DNA of 64,000 nt from a virus, in the IMG/VR virus record IMGVR_UViG_3300020469_005214, positions 1-64,000 of that record. One strand, written 5' to 3'. The notes under the pieces were generated by a model that was not told where the DNA came from, searched no databases, and saw only the letters and a list, made by a program, of their open reading frames with translations. The position numbers and the translations under genes are program-made. Below, piece after piece: positions 41,201 through 50,947 of the stretch. Numbering within the stretch: position 1 is the first letter of the stretch; the number at the start of each line of letters is the position of its first letter.

Positions 41201-41625
41201 AGTTTGACAGTAGTTTTGCTAAATTTAACGTGAATTTATATCAAATTCCTATCGACGACTTGAATTTATTTTATAGAGAAGGCTTGGCTACTCAAACATG
41301 TAGACCTAGTGACGAATTACTAGAAAAATTACATGAAGACTTTAACCAGAACTTATCATACAACCTTACAGATCCGCGTAAAAATATAAGAGTATCTATT
41401 GTTGGAATTTCTGAAAAATTATCTGATCCAGAAATAATCACTAAGGGTTTAGAATCTTTTAATATCAATTTGTCATCAGATGGAGTCACTTCAAGTTATG
41501 TTTTTGGTAATAAAATTATGCAACCAATTCCTATAGATGTAACAAGAAGACTAATAGATATATTACAAAGAAGAACTAATAGTCATTTAAATTATACTCA
41601 ATCTGTAAAAGGGCTAATAAATTAA
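38290..41625 (+). CDS. Large tail tip/hub protein with EF-hand-like loop and Cys-rich inserts
   Basis: GTLREVLKRWGADFSFNFY hub-like segment; DTNRDGYLNLDE; Cys clusters. Confidence 0.6.
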   Translation: MKEIKAESIQIDGASEIFGGKIYNASFTNNFSDSPSAFTINVVNETGEYDIPDLDARSIKELYEITIGETLFGQYSLVKTRTSVNKSGKVLELTFFDITMNFDKIFIGLHKKHGIIPRSEPKGGERLKSYSKEDTMLSLNGIGAEGGGEEGDLRPMYHIQLNEQEEITPLIILGREFHPCDTNRDGYLNLDEDIFKVDGCDPCPTCPEDKYDGSLDRQRCLDLECSEIFEVRYNFKALIDAITEFFEKSKINIVLDPEGIPEINELYFADYEGTLREVLKRWGADFSFNFYVENLGDEPTLKFADTSVETDIIGKKELEQEDIISFEETQSVENTQNIGTISLYKQGGERKIYDCSTSVKLDLKPMHLTDLYNDTDDALLGRQVKGNDFVSFEDLEVSVALTKYSTAIREQFWYGYIYGADGGRPGITCLQYVGPPDTTSSSSGEEAPEFSLPVERQGGLGERSKGITESEGIDELNEEDLCEIARNRGILQLGEMKLLAFFFPTGIDGEEPEIYHNRGTEFNGGMEGVIPDLNNKACNLIKDAWNPSAEELDFFSQVPLFGGIDLKFDPEDPDKSRDTFTVESFSRGYFVLASRKEEMLEKIIDNEKRLGNEFIGKYFATEIHPQDNINVCGYDKYGRKDYSRKNITIKGGGEFYNYNDGDTSKFLESPLFSFGHSKGSKIGQLQDRLKGKEKITILQDGQDPFDEGIIIQKTGNTFFPEEGATNDIKKFISIYERKRMQIIPLDPVTLSTFIAKFAPEHVNDANVKMFAFYPDDFSDGFDIERDIIHPSIKVNATDSRGRDVSSGCYGDCENDKECFEGEKNPERLAKLEAKMSDLVPNSTHFRAVRREIQGDNCVNGICQDKNACTSNESCESFESFDGETFSEYECVNGECIEKLGLQSSITTRLDINGFKIFAPPHGFAVPSGRRIFIPSIETFEPRSYRSILEYQKRVEVFIPKVEHMIQDNIEKFDSSFAKFNVNLYQIPIDDLNLFYREGLATQTCRPSDELLEKLHEDFNQNLSYNLTDPRKNIRVSIVGISEKLSDPEIITKGLESFNINLSSDGVTSSYVFGNKIMQPIPIDVTRRLIDILQRRTNSHLNYTQSVKGLIN

Positions 41626-44600
41626 TGATATTAAGTGGCAAAAATTTTAGAAGCATTGCAGATCAAACTGGTGATTTTAGTTATGCTTTTACCGTTCAAA
41701 CCAAAAGTAAATTTTCGGATATTCATGTTGGTTTAACTGGGGAATATAATATAGACTATAGGTTTCTTAGTGGTAAAATTTTTGATAGAAATACAGGCTT
41801 TGTAGATAGTTATTCTAATAATGATAATTTCATTATTTCTGGAAATTTAAAGAATCATCAACACGAATATTTTATAAACGGAATTCCAAAGGTTGTAGGA
41901 GAAACCGTGCCGTCTGGAAAAATATCTGGAATTTTTGCTATCAATGAAGAAGCAGAAAATATTGGTTTTAATTTTTTTGGACAAGTCCCCTCTCATTCAA
42001 TCACTACAAGCTCTGATAAGTTAGTATTTGGTGAAACGTTAACAGGATTTATAAATAATAGTAATCCCGATCTTTCTTTTACGGTATTTAGCGGAGAATT
42101 AATTAATTCAGATATTCCAGCAGTTTTTGCTATAGATACTTTTCAACAAGTAACAGGATCAGGCATTACAGGTGGAGCAAAATTTCTTTTAACACCAACA
42201 GAATCAGAAACTTTAAGCGGAGTAGCTAGTTTATTATTTCATACGAATTTTGGTGAAATAAATTTTGATTATAATTTGACTGGAGGAAATTTACCTACCG
42301 TTATAAGGGATAGTTCTTATTTAGATTTACTGACTTTTATTAATGATTTTGATGGAGAAACTGGTTCTATTGTTGTTACGAGCTTTTTTGCTAATTATGA
42401 TGGTGCAGAAATAAGTGTTACTCTTGGGCATCTTTCTGGAGAAACTGGCGAAATATTTAGAGATAAAGATTTTACTAGAGATTTCGTTAGTACCGAGGAT
42501 ACTTTTGTTAGCGGAACGAATGCAGTTCCTATTTTTAAGACTGGTTTGGTTTCTGGTTTAGACGCTTCTGGGCTTTTGCAAACTGGTTTAGGGTCAGGGT
42601 TTTTAACTGGTTTTACTAATGCTACTGGACAAATAATTAATGATTTTGAATTGGTTTTAACTGGTTTAGGAAAAGGATTTGTTGATACTGACATAAATTT
42701 GGCAGGAATTAAAGATACTCGCTTTTCTGGTTTCGTTCCTTTTGGAACAAGTGTAATTTCAGGTATAGTCAATAACATTACCGGTACTGGAACTTTTAAC
42801 GAACAGGAACTTACTGGAATGATTAGAACTGGTGTAGGTCAAATTGGATTTGATCCACTTGATCACTTACCATCGGGTGAAATAAATCTTCCACCGAGTG
42901 CATATAATACAACACTTAAAAATAAATTTTTGGCGTTTAGTGGAGAAATCACTGGATTTTATGATTTAATTGGAAGTGGATTTGCTGGATTTATTGTAGA
43001 AACTGGTATATTTGATCAAAATTTCTCTGGAAATGTTAAAAGAGGCGTTTATAATTTTGAAAAAGAATATGATACATTTATTACTGGTTTTGAAAACTTA
43101 TTTGGACCAGACACTGTTGGAGAAATAGTTAGTGGAATACTTCCTGAAACTAGTGGATCGGGCTTTTATATAACTGGAAATTTAAGTGTGAAGGAAGATG
43201 GTGCGTGTATAGAAGAAAGCCCAGTATTTTCAGTTTCAGGAAAAACCGCAGATTTTCCTTATAACTTTAATGTAGCTAATTTATTATTATCCTTTTACAA
43301 AGTAAACCCAGCCTTTACTGGATGTATCATGACTGTGCAAAGGGCTTTTGATGGCGAAACTAAAGATATTTATTTTTATAATAATTATATCAATGTTGCA
43401 AATATACAACAGTTTGCAAAAAGCGGGGAGGTTTTTGTCACCGAGTGGAAAGACCAGTCTTTAAATAAAAATAATTATGTTCCAGATATAGCTGATAGAC
43501 CAAGAATATTAACTAGTAATGGAGTTTTTGACTCTGGTATACATTTTGATCGAAGCTTATTAAAAACAAATAATCCTTTGGGTTTTATTGATGGAGCGGG
43601 TTATACAATTGAATTTAGCGGAGGTAATGTTGGATATTCTGGGGGTTCTTACTATAATCCATCTATAGATATTGGAAATTTAAATGTAGGATGGCAGATT
43701 GATTTCTCTGATGAAGTAACAAGTGTATCTAAGGGCAAAAATCTTGTTATTCCTACAGTTGTTTTTGATACAAGTTTGTTTATAGACGCGATTACAACAG
43801 ATAAAAAAATATTTTTAGGAACTAAACTTTCTGATATTCATATCTTTCCTTTTAATACTGATATTAGGGGCGGATCTAATTTCCTCTTTGACACAACAAC
43901 AGGTGCATACACACCCGATACATTCCCATTCTCTTTGGATATCGATGCTGAATGTGAGTCAATCCTAGTAAAAAATGAAGATTCAGATAGCGAGGTCGTA
44001 GGAAATCCACAGACAACTGCGGATATTATCTTTGAACTAAATGGGGATGGAACAGAGTATATTGTGAAGAAATGTTCTACAAATTTAGTTGGTGATGTAG
44101 TAATTTATAGCACTCATTTAGATACGACGCAATCAGCAAGCACTTTACCTGTTACTGTGATTGGGGTAGCCGCATTCTTAAACTGTTCTAATATAACTAG
44201 CGTTACCCTTCCTAACAGCCTGACCTCGATTGAAGGTAGTGCATTCCTAAACTGCGCTGGCCTGACCAGCATTACGATCCCCAACAACGTGACTTCGATT
44301 GGCGACTCTGCATTCGGTGGATGTTCTGGCCTAACAAGCGTTACGATTCCCGACAGTGTTACCTCGATTGGAGATTTTGCATTCAGAAATTGCACCAGTC
44401 TGACAAGCATTACGGTCCCCGATAGCATGACCCAGATTAGAGATGGTGTGTTTAAAAACTGCACAAACCTAGCCAGCATTACCATCCCCGACAGTGTTTT
44501 TTTAATTGGTGATCATGCTTTCAGTAGCTGCGATAGCCTAACCAGTATTATCATTCCCGATAGCGTGACATTAATTGGTGATCATGCTTTCAGTAGCTGC

Positions 44601-46127
44601 GATAGCCTAACCAGTATTATCATTCCTGACGGTGTGACCCGGATTAATGTTAGTACATTCAATGGTTGCGGTAGCCTAACCAGCATTACGATTCCCGAAG
44701 GTGTGACCCGGATTAGAGCTGGTGCATTCAATGGCTGCAGAAGTATAACCAGCATTACTATTCCTAGCACTGTAAATCAGATTGATTTCTCGGCATTCGC
44801 AAATTTAGATAGTGCCACTGCACTCATCTTCTTGGGTACAGAAGCTCCAAATTTGAAAACTTTGCCAGATGGTGAACAATTTATTAATGGAGTTCTTATT
44901 AGTGCGTTCGGTTCTGTAGAAAATCCTGATAATCCATCAATAATTGTTCAAGTGCCAGATGGAGTCGACAGTGCTGGCATCCCCATTTATGAAAGCTATA
45001 TATCCAAAGCTAAGGGTGGAGATGGTGTAAGTAAGTATGGAGGATTAGAGGTTCAGGTACAAGCATCGTTAAATTCTTTAACATTTTTGTTAAATAGCAC
45101 TGGCACTGGGTATATTATGCATCGTTGCGATCCTATTGCTGTGGGATCAATAACAATTCCCAGTACCTTCAATGGCTTACCAGTGACCGAACTTTCAAAT
45201 ATTGCGTTCTATCTCTGCACTAATATAACTAGTGTTACGATCCCCGATAGCGTGACCGAGATTAGGGATGGTGCATTCTATCAAGCCTCTGGACTGACCA
45301 GCGTTAACATCCCCGACGGTGTTACCTATATTCGAGATTTTACATTCTGGGAATGTTCAAGTTTAGATAACATAACAATCTCCAATAATGTGACTTCAAT
45401 TGGAAGGCTGGCATTCGCAGACTGCACTAGCCTAAGCAACATCACGATTGGGAACAGTGTGACCCTGATTGACGATCGGGCATTCTTGAAGTGCACTAGC
45501 CTAGCCAGCATTACACTCCCTGACAGTGTGGTCACAATTGGTAGATCACTCCTAACCGCTGCAAGTGTATTCGCTGGTTGCAGTAGCTTGACCAGTATTA
45601 ATATTCCCGATGGCGTGAGGACGATTCAAGCTGGTACATTCTCTAATTGCACTAGCCTGACCAGTGTCACGATTCCCGACAGCGTGACCTTGATTGGAAG
45701 ATTGGCATTCAATACTTGCACAAGTCTTACTAGCGTCACGATTGGCAACAGTGTGACCACGATTGACCAATCCGCATTCTCTAATTGCACTAGCCTGGAC
45801 AATATTACGTTACCTGATAATTTGAGACAAATTAACGAAAGTGCATTCGCTGGTTGCAGTAGCCTGACTAGCATTACCATTCCTGACAGTGTGAGCTCTA
45901 TTAAACAAAGTGCATTCCGAAACTGCATTAGCCTAGCAACAATCACAATCCTCGGTTTAAGGGCTCCTTCTCTATTAAAGACCGTTAATGCAGGTTATGA
46001 AGTCGACCAAAGAGAGACTTCAGTATTTGCAGATGTTGGAACCAGATTTGTTAATATGCAGGTAGGAGTAACTAATATTGATGAGGGTGGCGTATTTTAT
46101 GGAAGCCTACAAATAGTATATGTATAA
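41625..46127 (+). CDS. Tail fibre/receptor-binding protein: SG/TG-rich stalk, ConA-like module, two BspA LRR domains
   Basis: LRR blocks at ~44020-45062 and ~45063-46124; FTGCIMTVQRAFDGETKDI..FVTEWKDQS motif. Confidence 0.8.
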   Translation: MILSGKNFRSIADQTGDFSYAFTVQTKSKFSDIHVGLTGEYNIDYRFLSGKIFDRNTGFVDSYSNNDNFIISGNLKNHQHEYFINGIPKVVGETVPSGKISGIFAINEEAENIGFNFFGQVPSHSITTSSDKLVFGETLTGFINNSNPDLSFTVFSGELINSDIPAVFAIDTFQQVTGSGITGGAKFLLTPTESETLSGVASLLFHTNFGEINFDYNLTGGNLPTVIRDSSYLDLLTFINDFDGETGSIVVTSFFANYDGAEISVTLGHLSGETGEIFRDKDFTRDFVSTEDTFVSGTNAVPIFKTGLVSGLDASGLLQTGLGSGFLTGFTNATGQIINDFELVLTGLGKGFVDTDINLAGIKDTRFSGFVPFGTSVISGIVNNITGTGTFNEQELTGMIRTGVGQIGFDPLDHLPSGEINLPPSAYNTTLKNKFLAFSGEITGFYDLIGSGFAGFIVETGIFDQNFSGNVKRGVYNFEKEYDTFITGFENLFGPDTVGEIVSGILPETSGSGFYITGNLSVKEDGACIEESPVFSVSGKTADFPYNFNVANLLLSFYKVNPAFTGCIMTVQRAFDGETKDIYFYNNYINVANIQQFAKSGEVFVTEWKDQSLNKNNYVPDIADRPRILTSNGVFDSGIHFDRSLLKTNNPLGFIDGAGYTIEFSGGNVGYSGGSYYNPSIDIGNLNVGWQIDFSDEVTSVSKGKNLVIPTVVFDTSLFIDAITTDKKIFLGTKLSDIHIFPFNTDIRGGSNFLFDTTTGAYTPDTFPFSLDIDAECESILVKNEDSDSEVVGNPQTTADIIFELNGDGTEYIVKKCSTNLVGDVVIYSTHLDTTQSASTLPVTVIGVAAFLNCSNITSVTLPNSLTSIEGSAFLNCAGLTSITIPNNVTSIGDSAFGGCSGLTSVTIPDSVTSIGDFAFRNCTSLTSITVPDSMTQIRDGVFKNCTNLASITIPDSVFLIGDHAFSSCDSLTSIIIPDSVTLIGDHAFSSCDSLTSIIIPDGVTRINVSTFNGCGSLTSITIPEGVTRIRAGAFNGCRSITSITIPSTVNQIDFSAFANLDSATALIFLGTEAPNLKTLPDGEQFINGVLISAFGSVENPDNPSIIVQVPDGVDSAGIPIYESYISKAKGGDGVSKYGGLEVQVQASLNSLTFLLNSTGTGYIMHRCDPIAVGSITIPSTFNGLPVTELSNIAFYLCTNITSVTIPDSVTEIRDGAFYQASGLTSVNIPDGVTYIRDFTFWECSSLDNITISNNVTSIGRLAFADCTSLSNITIGNSVTLIDDRAFLKCTSLASITLPDSVVTIGRSLLTAASVFAGCSSLTSINIPDGVRTIQAGTFSNCTSLTSVTIPDSVTLIGRLAFNTCTSLTSVTIGNSVTTIDQSAFSNCTSLDNITLPDNLRQINESAFAGCSSLTSITIPDSVSSIKQSAFRNCISLATITILGLRAPSLLKTVNAGYEVDQRETSVFADVGTRFVNMQVGVTNIDEGGVFYGSLQIVYV
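44502..44626 (+). repeat. Exact 56-bp direct repeat at 69-bp (one LRR unit) period
   Basis: 44502-44557 identical to 44571-44626. Confidence 0.95.
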
Positions 46128-46180
46128 GGGTAAAAAATAATTAATCGATTAAACTATAAAAATTTAAAAAAATATAAAAA

Positions 46181-49100
46181 ATGAGCGTGAATACAAATGC
46201 AACTGTAGGGGACTGGGCGGTTTTTGCACCAGAATATGATTCAGAAAGTGGTATATCTATTATACCTTCTTATAACCCATATTTAAAAATATATCAAACG
46301 CAGTCGCAAACTTTAACTGGGACTTGTTATGCAGGAATAGGTGCGGTTGGAAATTTAGTTGCTATGGGAATGCAAGATATACTTAATGGCGGCCCAGATA
46401 CTGCTACATTTTACGACCCGAAAAATGACATTCTTAAACAACACCCTTTAAGTTTTAATAAGGGGCTTGGTGGCGTTGCTGGAGTTGGAGACTTTGCAGT
46501 TTTTGAGGTAGAGGATTATGGTTCTACGAAGCTTATAGCTCATTGTTTTAACCCAACAACAGAAGAGGGTTTTGAATTGCAGTATACTGGCAATTACGAT
46601 CCGCTGTCTAGTCCTAATCCATTTGCAGGTGTTGCGACAGTAGGGGACTTTGCGGTTTACGCTCCACAAAATTCGCCCCAAATTATGGCGGTCAATCCAA
46701 TTACTCAATCTGTCCGACAAGTGACACACGGTCAGCCCCGAATAAGTGCAGATGATGGTGCACTTGCCCCGTACTTCTTTGCAGGACCAGCTGTTGTTGG
46801 GGACTGGGCGGTGATGGCTGGACTAACTGGAAACGTAGTTTGTTATAATCCGACCACAAATGAATTGTATACACATACGGAAGAATTACCTCTAAAAGAA
46901 GCAACATCTGCTCAAAGAGCGGGATCGTTTACCGCAAGATTTGGCAGCCCAACTAAAGTTGGAAATTTTGCAGTTTTCCCGCCAAGCAGGGGAAATACTA
47001 TTTTGGCATTTAATCCTATAACTAGAACTCAAAAAACTTTAAATTTTGATTTTGAAGATTTTCAGTCCTCTGATTCTACAGCTTTAATTACACCTGAAAA
47101 CAATAATTGGTTCGGCGGTGCATCTACATTAGCATTAAACGTGAGCGGAGAATTAAAAGAAATGGCTATATTTCCGCCGTCTGCTGCCCTATCACCACTA
47201 GCTTATGACCCAGTAGAAAATGTATATCACAAGTTTAATGCAGAAACAAATATGCGATATCTTGTATCTGCAGCTGTAAATGGGGAATGTATAGTACACT
47301 ACCCAAATATGGCAGATCTAATTTTTAAAACCGCACCTGATCGTTCTAAATATTTTGCAACTATAAAGGGGGTTGAATCTAATTATGATAGTACAAGATA
47401 TTTTAGAGATGGATCTGAGTTACTCTTTGAACTAAATGAAGATGGTACGGCTTACACATTAATTAGTTGTGGAGTGGGATATGTAGGATCTTTAGATATT
47501 CCTGATACCTACGATAGTTTACCAGTTACTTCGATTGAGTTTGGTGCATTTTTTGGATGTAATCAATTAACAAGCGTTACGATTCCTAGTAGTATAACTT
47601 CAATGGGTGTTGCTGCTTTTCAAGACTGTATTAGTCTAGAAACAGTAGATATAGCTGAAGGTATAACAACCATTCCACTATACGCATTCTTTAATTGCTT
47701 AAACTTAAATAATATTACAATTCCCACTAGTGTGACTAGAGTCAGAGGTTTTGCATTTAAAGGATGTATAAGTTTGTCTCTAATTAATGAGATAATCTCA
47801 GGAATAACCTCGATTGAAGATGGTACGTTTCAAGGATGTACTTCAATACAATCTGTTTTGATTCCTGATAACATAACTTCAATTGGAGCTAAGGTATTCG
47901 AAAATTGTTCTGGATTAGTCAGCATTGATATTTGCGAATACGTAACAAAAATTGGATCTCATACATTTGAAAGAAGCGGGTTGAGACAAATTACTATCCC
48001 AGATGGAGTGACTGAAATTGAATGTAAATTATTCAATGAATGTAGTGAACTTACCACCGTTACAATTCCAGACAGTGTGACCGCAATTGGGGAAGCTTCG
48101 TTTAGAAACTGCATAAATATGCTTAACATAGAGATTCCTAGTAACCTGACTTCTATTGAAAGTTATGCATTCTTTGGATGTAGCAAAATAGAACAAATAA
48201 TTCTTCCCAGTACCTTGATCTCAATTCAAAGTAGAGCATTTAAAAATTGCACAGCCTTGACTGCTATAAGAATCCCTGATAGCGTAACAACAATAAATGC
48301 ACAAGCATTCATGGGCTGCACTAGTCTGAGTTCTATAATATCTAAGGCAACATCTGCTCCAGTTTCAAACATACTACCAGTAGGTATTCAAGAAGAGGTT
48401 TTTAAGAATGTTTTAACCACAGAAATCATAATCCCAGTTGGTGCTACAGCGAGCTATCAAACGGCAGGCGATGGAACCTTATATGCAGGCTTAACAATAG
48501 TAGAACTGAGCATTTCATCTTCCCTTGAATTTACTTTAAACGATGCTGGAACAGCATATTCCATGTCTAACTGTCCGCAAACAGCTGTCGGAGATATAGT
48601 AGTTCCCAGTACTCATTTAGATTTAGCGCAATCATCAAGCACTTTGCCCGTGACCGCAATTGGAGATGATGCATTCCGTTATTGCTATGACATTACCACT
48701 ATTACGATTCCAGATAGTGTTACTGATATTGGAAAATCTGCATTCCGAGGCTGCGGAATGACCAGTATTACGCTTGGAAACAGCGTGACCGCAATTGGAG
48801 ATGATGGATTCCGTTATTGCACCAGCCTGACAAGCATTAACATCCCAGACAGTGTTACCTCGATTGGAGATTTTGCATTCGAAATCTGCTATAAGCTAAC
48901 TAGCATTACGATTGGAAACAGCGTGACCTCGATTGGAGAAGAAGCTTTTCGTAACTGCGATAGTCTAACCAGCATTACCATTCCCGACAGTGTCACCTCA
49001 ATTGGAGAAAGGGCATTTCAAGACTGCTCTAATTTGGAGAGTGCCACGTTATCTAATAATAGTTCTTTTTTAAGGGTTTCCAATATGCTGTTCCTGAATT

Positions 49101-50581
49101 GTCGTAAGCTAGACAGTATTACGATTGGAAACAGCGTGACCTCGATTGGCGAGAATGCATTTACAAATTGCCCATTACTTAGCGCCATTGTGATTCCTGA
49201 TAGTGTAACTTCTATTGAAAAACGAGCATTTTACTTGAACCAGCAATTTTCCTCAACCTATACAGGGTTTGGTTTAACAAGTATCACACTATCTAATAGT
49301 TTGACCTCCATTGGAGAGGAGGCATTCATAAATCAGAGGTTCTTTACGTCCATTACAATTCCTGCCACTTTGACTAATTTAAGTAGTCTTGCATTCAAAG
49401 CATGTGGCTCTCTGTTGTCAATCGTATTCCTTGGGGATTCTGCTCCAGTTGTTGATTTTGTACCAGTTGACTCTAGATTCCCAGCTTCAACAACACAATC
49501 TCCGTTTGACCAATTCTTTTTTATACCGAAAGCAAGTACATATCAAAGCTTATCTATTTATAATAGATCCAGTTCTGACGTTAGAAGTACTACAGTATTG
49601 ACCGTACCAGAAGGAGCAATTCCCAGTTATGTAAGTACAGCAAATGGTGGTGGAGATGGATCTACAACATATGGAGGTCTAGAAGTTGTATCAGTAGCTG
49701 GGGTGTCTGACATAACCTTTACCTTAAACGATGATGGAACAGCATATACTATAACTGATTGTCTTAGAACAGCTGCTGGAGCTTTAACTATTCCTAGCAC
49801 CCATTTAGATACAGCGCAATCAGCAAGCACTTTACCTGTTACTGTAATTGGAGAGGATGCATTTAATAATTGCAGTTTCCTGAGCAGTGTTATAATTCCC
49901 AGTAGCGTGACCAAGATTATAAAGGGTGCATTCCGTCAGTGCAATAGCTTGATCAGCATTACGATTCCAAACAGTGTGACTGAGATTGGACTTTATGCAT
50001 TCGATAACTGCCCTGGCCTAACCAGTATTACCATCCCCGACAGCGTTACTGAGCTTGGGACATTTACCACGACGAGTGGCTCAATTGCGCGTGGTGCTGT
50101 CTTTACAGATTGCCGATCTTTGGTTAGTGTTACGCTTGGTAGCGGCATAACTAGACTCGAAAGTGGCATGTTTCGCGATTGTATAAGTCTGACAAGCATT
50201 ACGATTCCTAGTAACATAACTTATCTCGGAACTGGTGTATTCACAGGCTGCTCCAGTCTAACTAGCCTGATCATACCTAATAGCGTAACCTCAGAAATAA
50301 GAGAGATAGTCGTAAACTGCACAGACTTAACTAGTATTACGATTGGTACTGGAGTACCGACAGTACGACAACCGTTCTTTGCAAATCCTAATCTAACTAC
50401 AATTAACTTTCTTCCTACATCAGCCCCACAAATATTATCATCTGCTCTTTTTACAGATATAGGAACCACAAGCATTAATGTTCCCGTAGGAGCACTTTCA
50501 AGCTATATAGACATAGCAAATGGTGGAGATGGATCTACCAAATATGGAGGTCTAACAGTTGTAGAGGATGCAACTTTATAA
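46181..50581 (+). CDS. Putative beta-propeller plus three BspA LRR domains
   Basis: About seven VGD[WF]AV..P...NPxT blade repeats, then LRR blocks at ~47410-48510, ~48520-49700 and ~49705-50578. Confidence 0.8.
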   Translation: MSVNTNATVGDWAVFAPEYDSESGISIIPSYNPYLKIYQTQSQTLTGTCYAGIGAVGNLVAMGMQDILNGGPDTATFYDPKNDILKQHPLSFNKGLGGVAGVGDFAVFEVEDYGSTKLIAHCFNPTTEEGFELQYTGNYDPLSSPNPFAGVATVGDFAVYAPQNSPQIMAVNPITQSVRQVTHGQPRISADDGALAPYFFAGPAVVGDWAVMAGLTGNVVCYNPTTNELYTHTEELPLKEATSAQRAGSFTARFGSPTKVGNFAVFPPSRGNTILAFNPITRTQKTLNFDFEDFQSSDSTALITPENNNWFGGASTLALNVSGELKEMAIFPPSAALSPLAYDPVENVYHKFNAETNMRYLVSAAVNGECIVHYPNMADLIFKTAPDRSKYFATIKGVESNYDSTRYFRDGSELLFELNEDGTAYTLISCGVGYVGSLDIPDTYDSLPVTSIEFGAFFGCNQLTSVTIPSSITSMGVAAFQDCISLETVDIAEGITTIPLYAFFNCLNLNNITIPTSVTRVRGFAFKGCISLSLINEIISGITSIEDGTFQGCTSIQSVLIPDNITSIGAKVFENCSGLVSIDICEYVTKIGSHTFERSGLRQITIPDGVTEIECKLFNECSELTTVTIPDSVTAIGEASFRNCINMLNIEIPSNLTSIESYAFFGCSKIEQIILPSTLISIQSRAFKNCTALTAIRIPDSVTTINAQAFMGCTSLSSIISKATSAPVSNILPVGIQEEVFKNVLTTEIIIPVGATASYQTAGDGTLYAGLTIVELSISSSLEFTLNDAGTAYSMSNCPQTAVGDIVVPSTHLDLAQSSSTLPVTAIGDDAFRYCYDITTITIPDSVTDIGKSAFRGCGMTSITLGNSVTAIGDDGFRYCTSLTSINIPDSVTSIGDFAFEICYKLTSITIGNSVTSIGEEAFRNCDSLTSITIPDSVTSIGERAFQDCSNLESATLSNNSSFLRVSNMLFLNCRKLDSITIGNSVTSIGENAFTNCPLLSAIVIPDSVTSIEKRAFYLNQQFSSTYTGFGLTSITLSNSLTSIGEEAFINQRFFTSITIPATLTNLSSLAFKACGSLLSIVFLGDSAPVVDFVPVDSRFPASTTQSPFDQFFFIPKASTYQSLSIYNRSSSDVRSTTVLTVPEGAIPSYVSTANGGGDGSTTYGGLEVVSVAGVSDITFTLNDDGTAYTITDCLRTAAGALTIPSTHLDTAQSASTLPVTVIGEDAFNNCSFLSSVIIPSSVTKIIKGAFRQCNSLISITIPNSVTEIGLYAFDNCPGLTSITIPDSVTELGTFTTTSGSIARGAVFTDCRSLVSVTLGSGITRLESGMFRDCISLTSITIPSNITYLGTGVFTGCSSLTSLIIPNSVTSEIREIVVNCTDLTSITIGTGVPTVRQPFFANPNLTTINFLPTSAPQILSSALFTDIGTTSINVPVGALSSYIDIANGGDGSTKYGGLTVVEDATL

Positions 50582-50947
50582 CTTTCCCTCTTCTTTTAGA
50601 GTTTGTCTTATTTTCGTCGCACTAATGCTATGAATATCTTTGCCTAAATCATGCTCTGTAAAAGTATAGCCGACTCCTCTACCGTAGCTGATATCTACAA
50701 TATTCGGTACAACAACAATAATATATTCCTTATTAAAAGTATAACCCTCTTCTGACAGGCCCTTTTTAATATTGTTCGTAACCGTAAGAGGATCGAACGG
50801 ATTGTTATCATTTTCTTCCGCAAGCCTTATCATGATACAAACTTGCCCAGTCTTAGATAAAGCCCTTTTAAACAGCTCTGTGTGCCCTTTATGCCAAGGT
50901 TGCCAGCGACCCAGCATCTGCACTGTAGGTTTTTTATAATCAAACAT
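50576..50947 (-). CDS. Cytidylyltransferase-like (HxGH) small protein, partner of the APS-kinase-like gene
   Basis: GRWQPWHKGH and ISATKIR motifs. Confidence 0.8.
   Translation of the reverse strand: MFDYKKPTVQMLGRWQPWHKGHTELFKRALSKTGQVCIMIRLAEENDNNPFDPLTVTNNIKKGLSEEGYTFNKEYIIVVVPNIVDISYGRGVGYTFTEHDLGKDIHSISATKIRQTLKEEGKL

Noticed and set aside
44502-44715. CRISPR-like regularly spaced repeats
   Set aside because: The period is 69 bp (23 codons), in frame within a protein; these are LRR units and there are no cas genes
6749-50475. Many antisense or alternate-frame ORFs in the track (e.g. 6749-7093, 14857-18963, 44114-45946, 49627-50475)
   Set aside because: Shadows of long biased or repetitive coding sequences; no promoter or recognisable motif
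44020-50578. Diversity-generating retroelement acting on the LRR genes
   Set aside because: No reverse transcriptase in the window and no non-coding template copy with adenine-specific mismatches; all repeats are in-frame coding units
50576-50581. Convergent genes ending on the same palindromic TTATAA
   Set aside because: A real overlap, but a common result of genome compaction with no evidence of function
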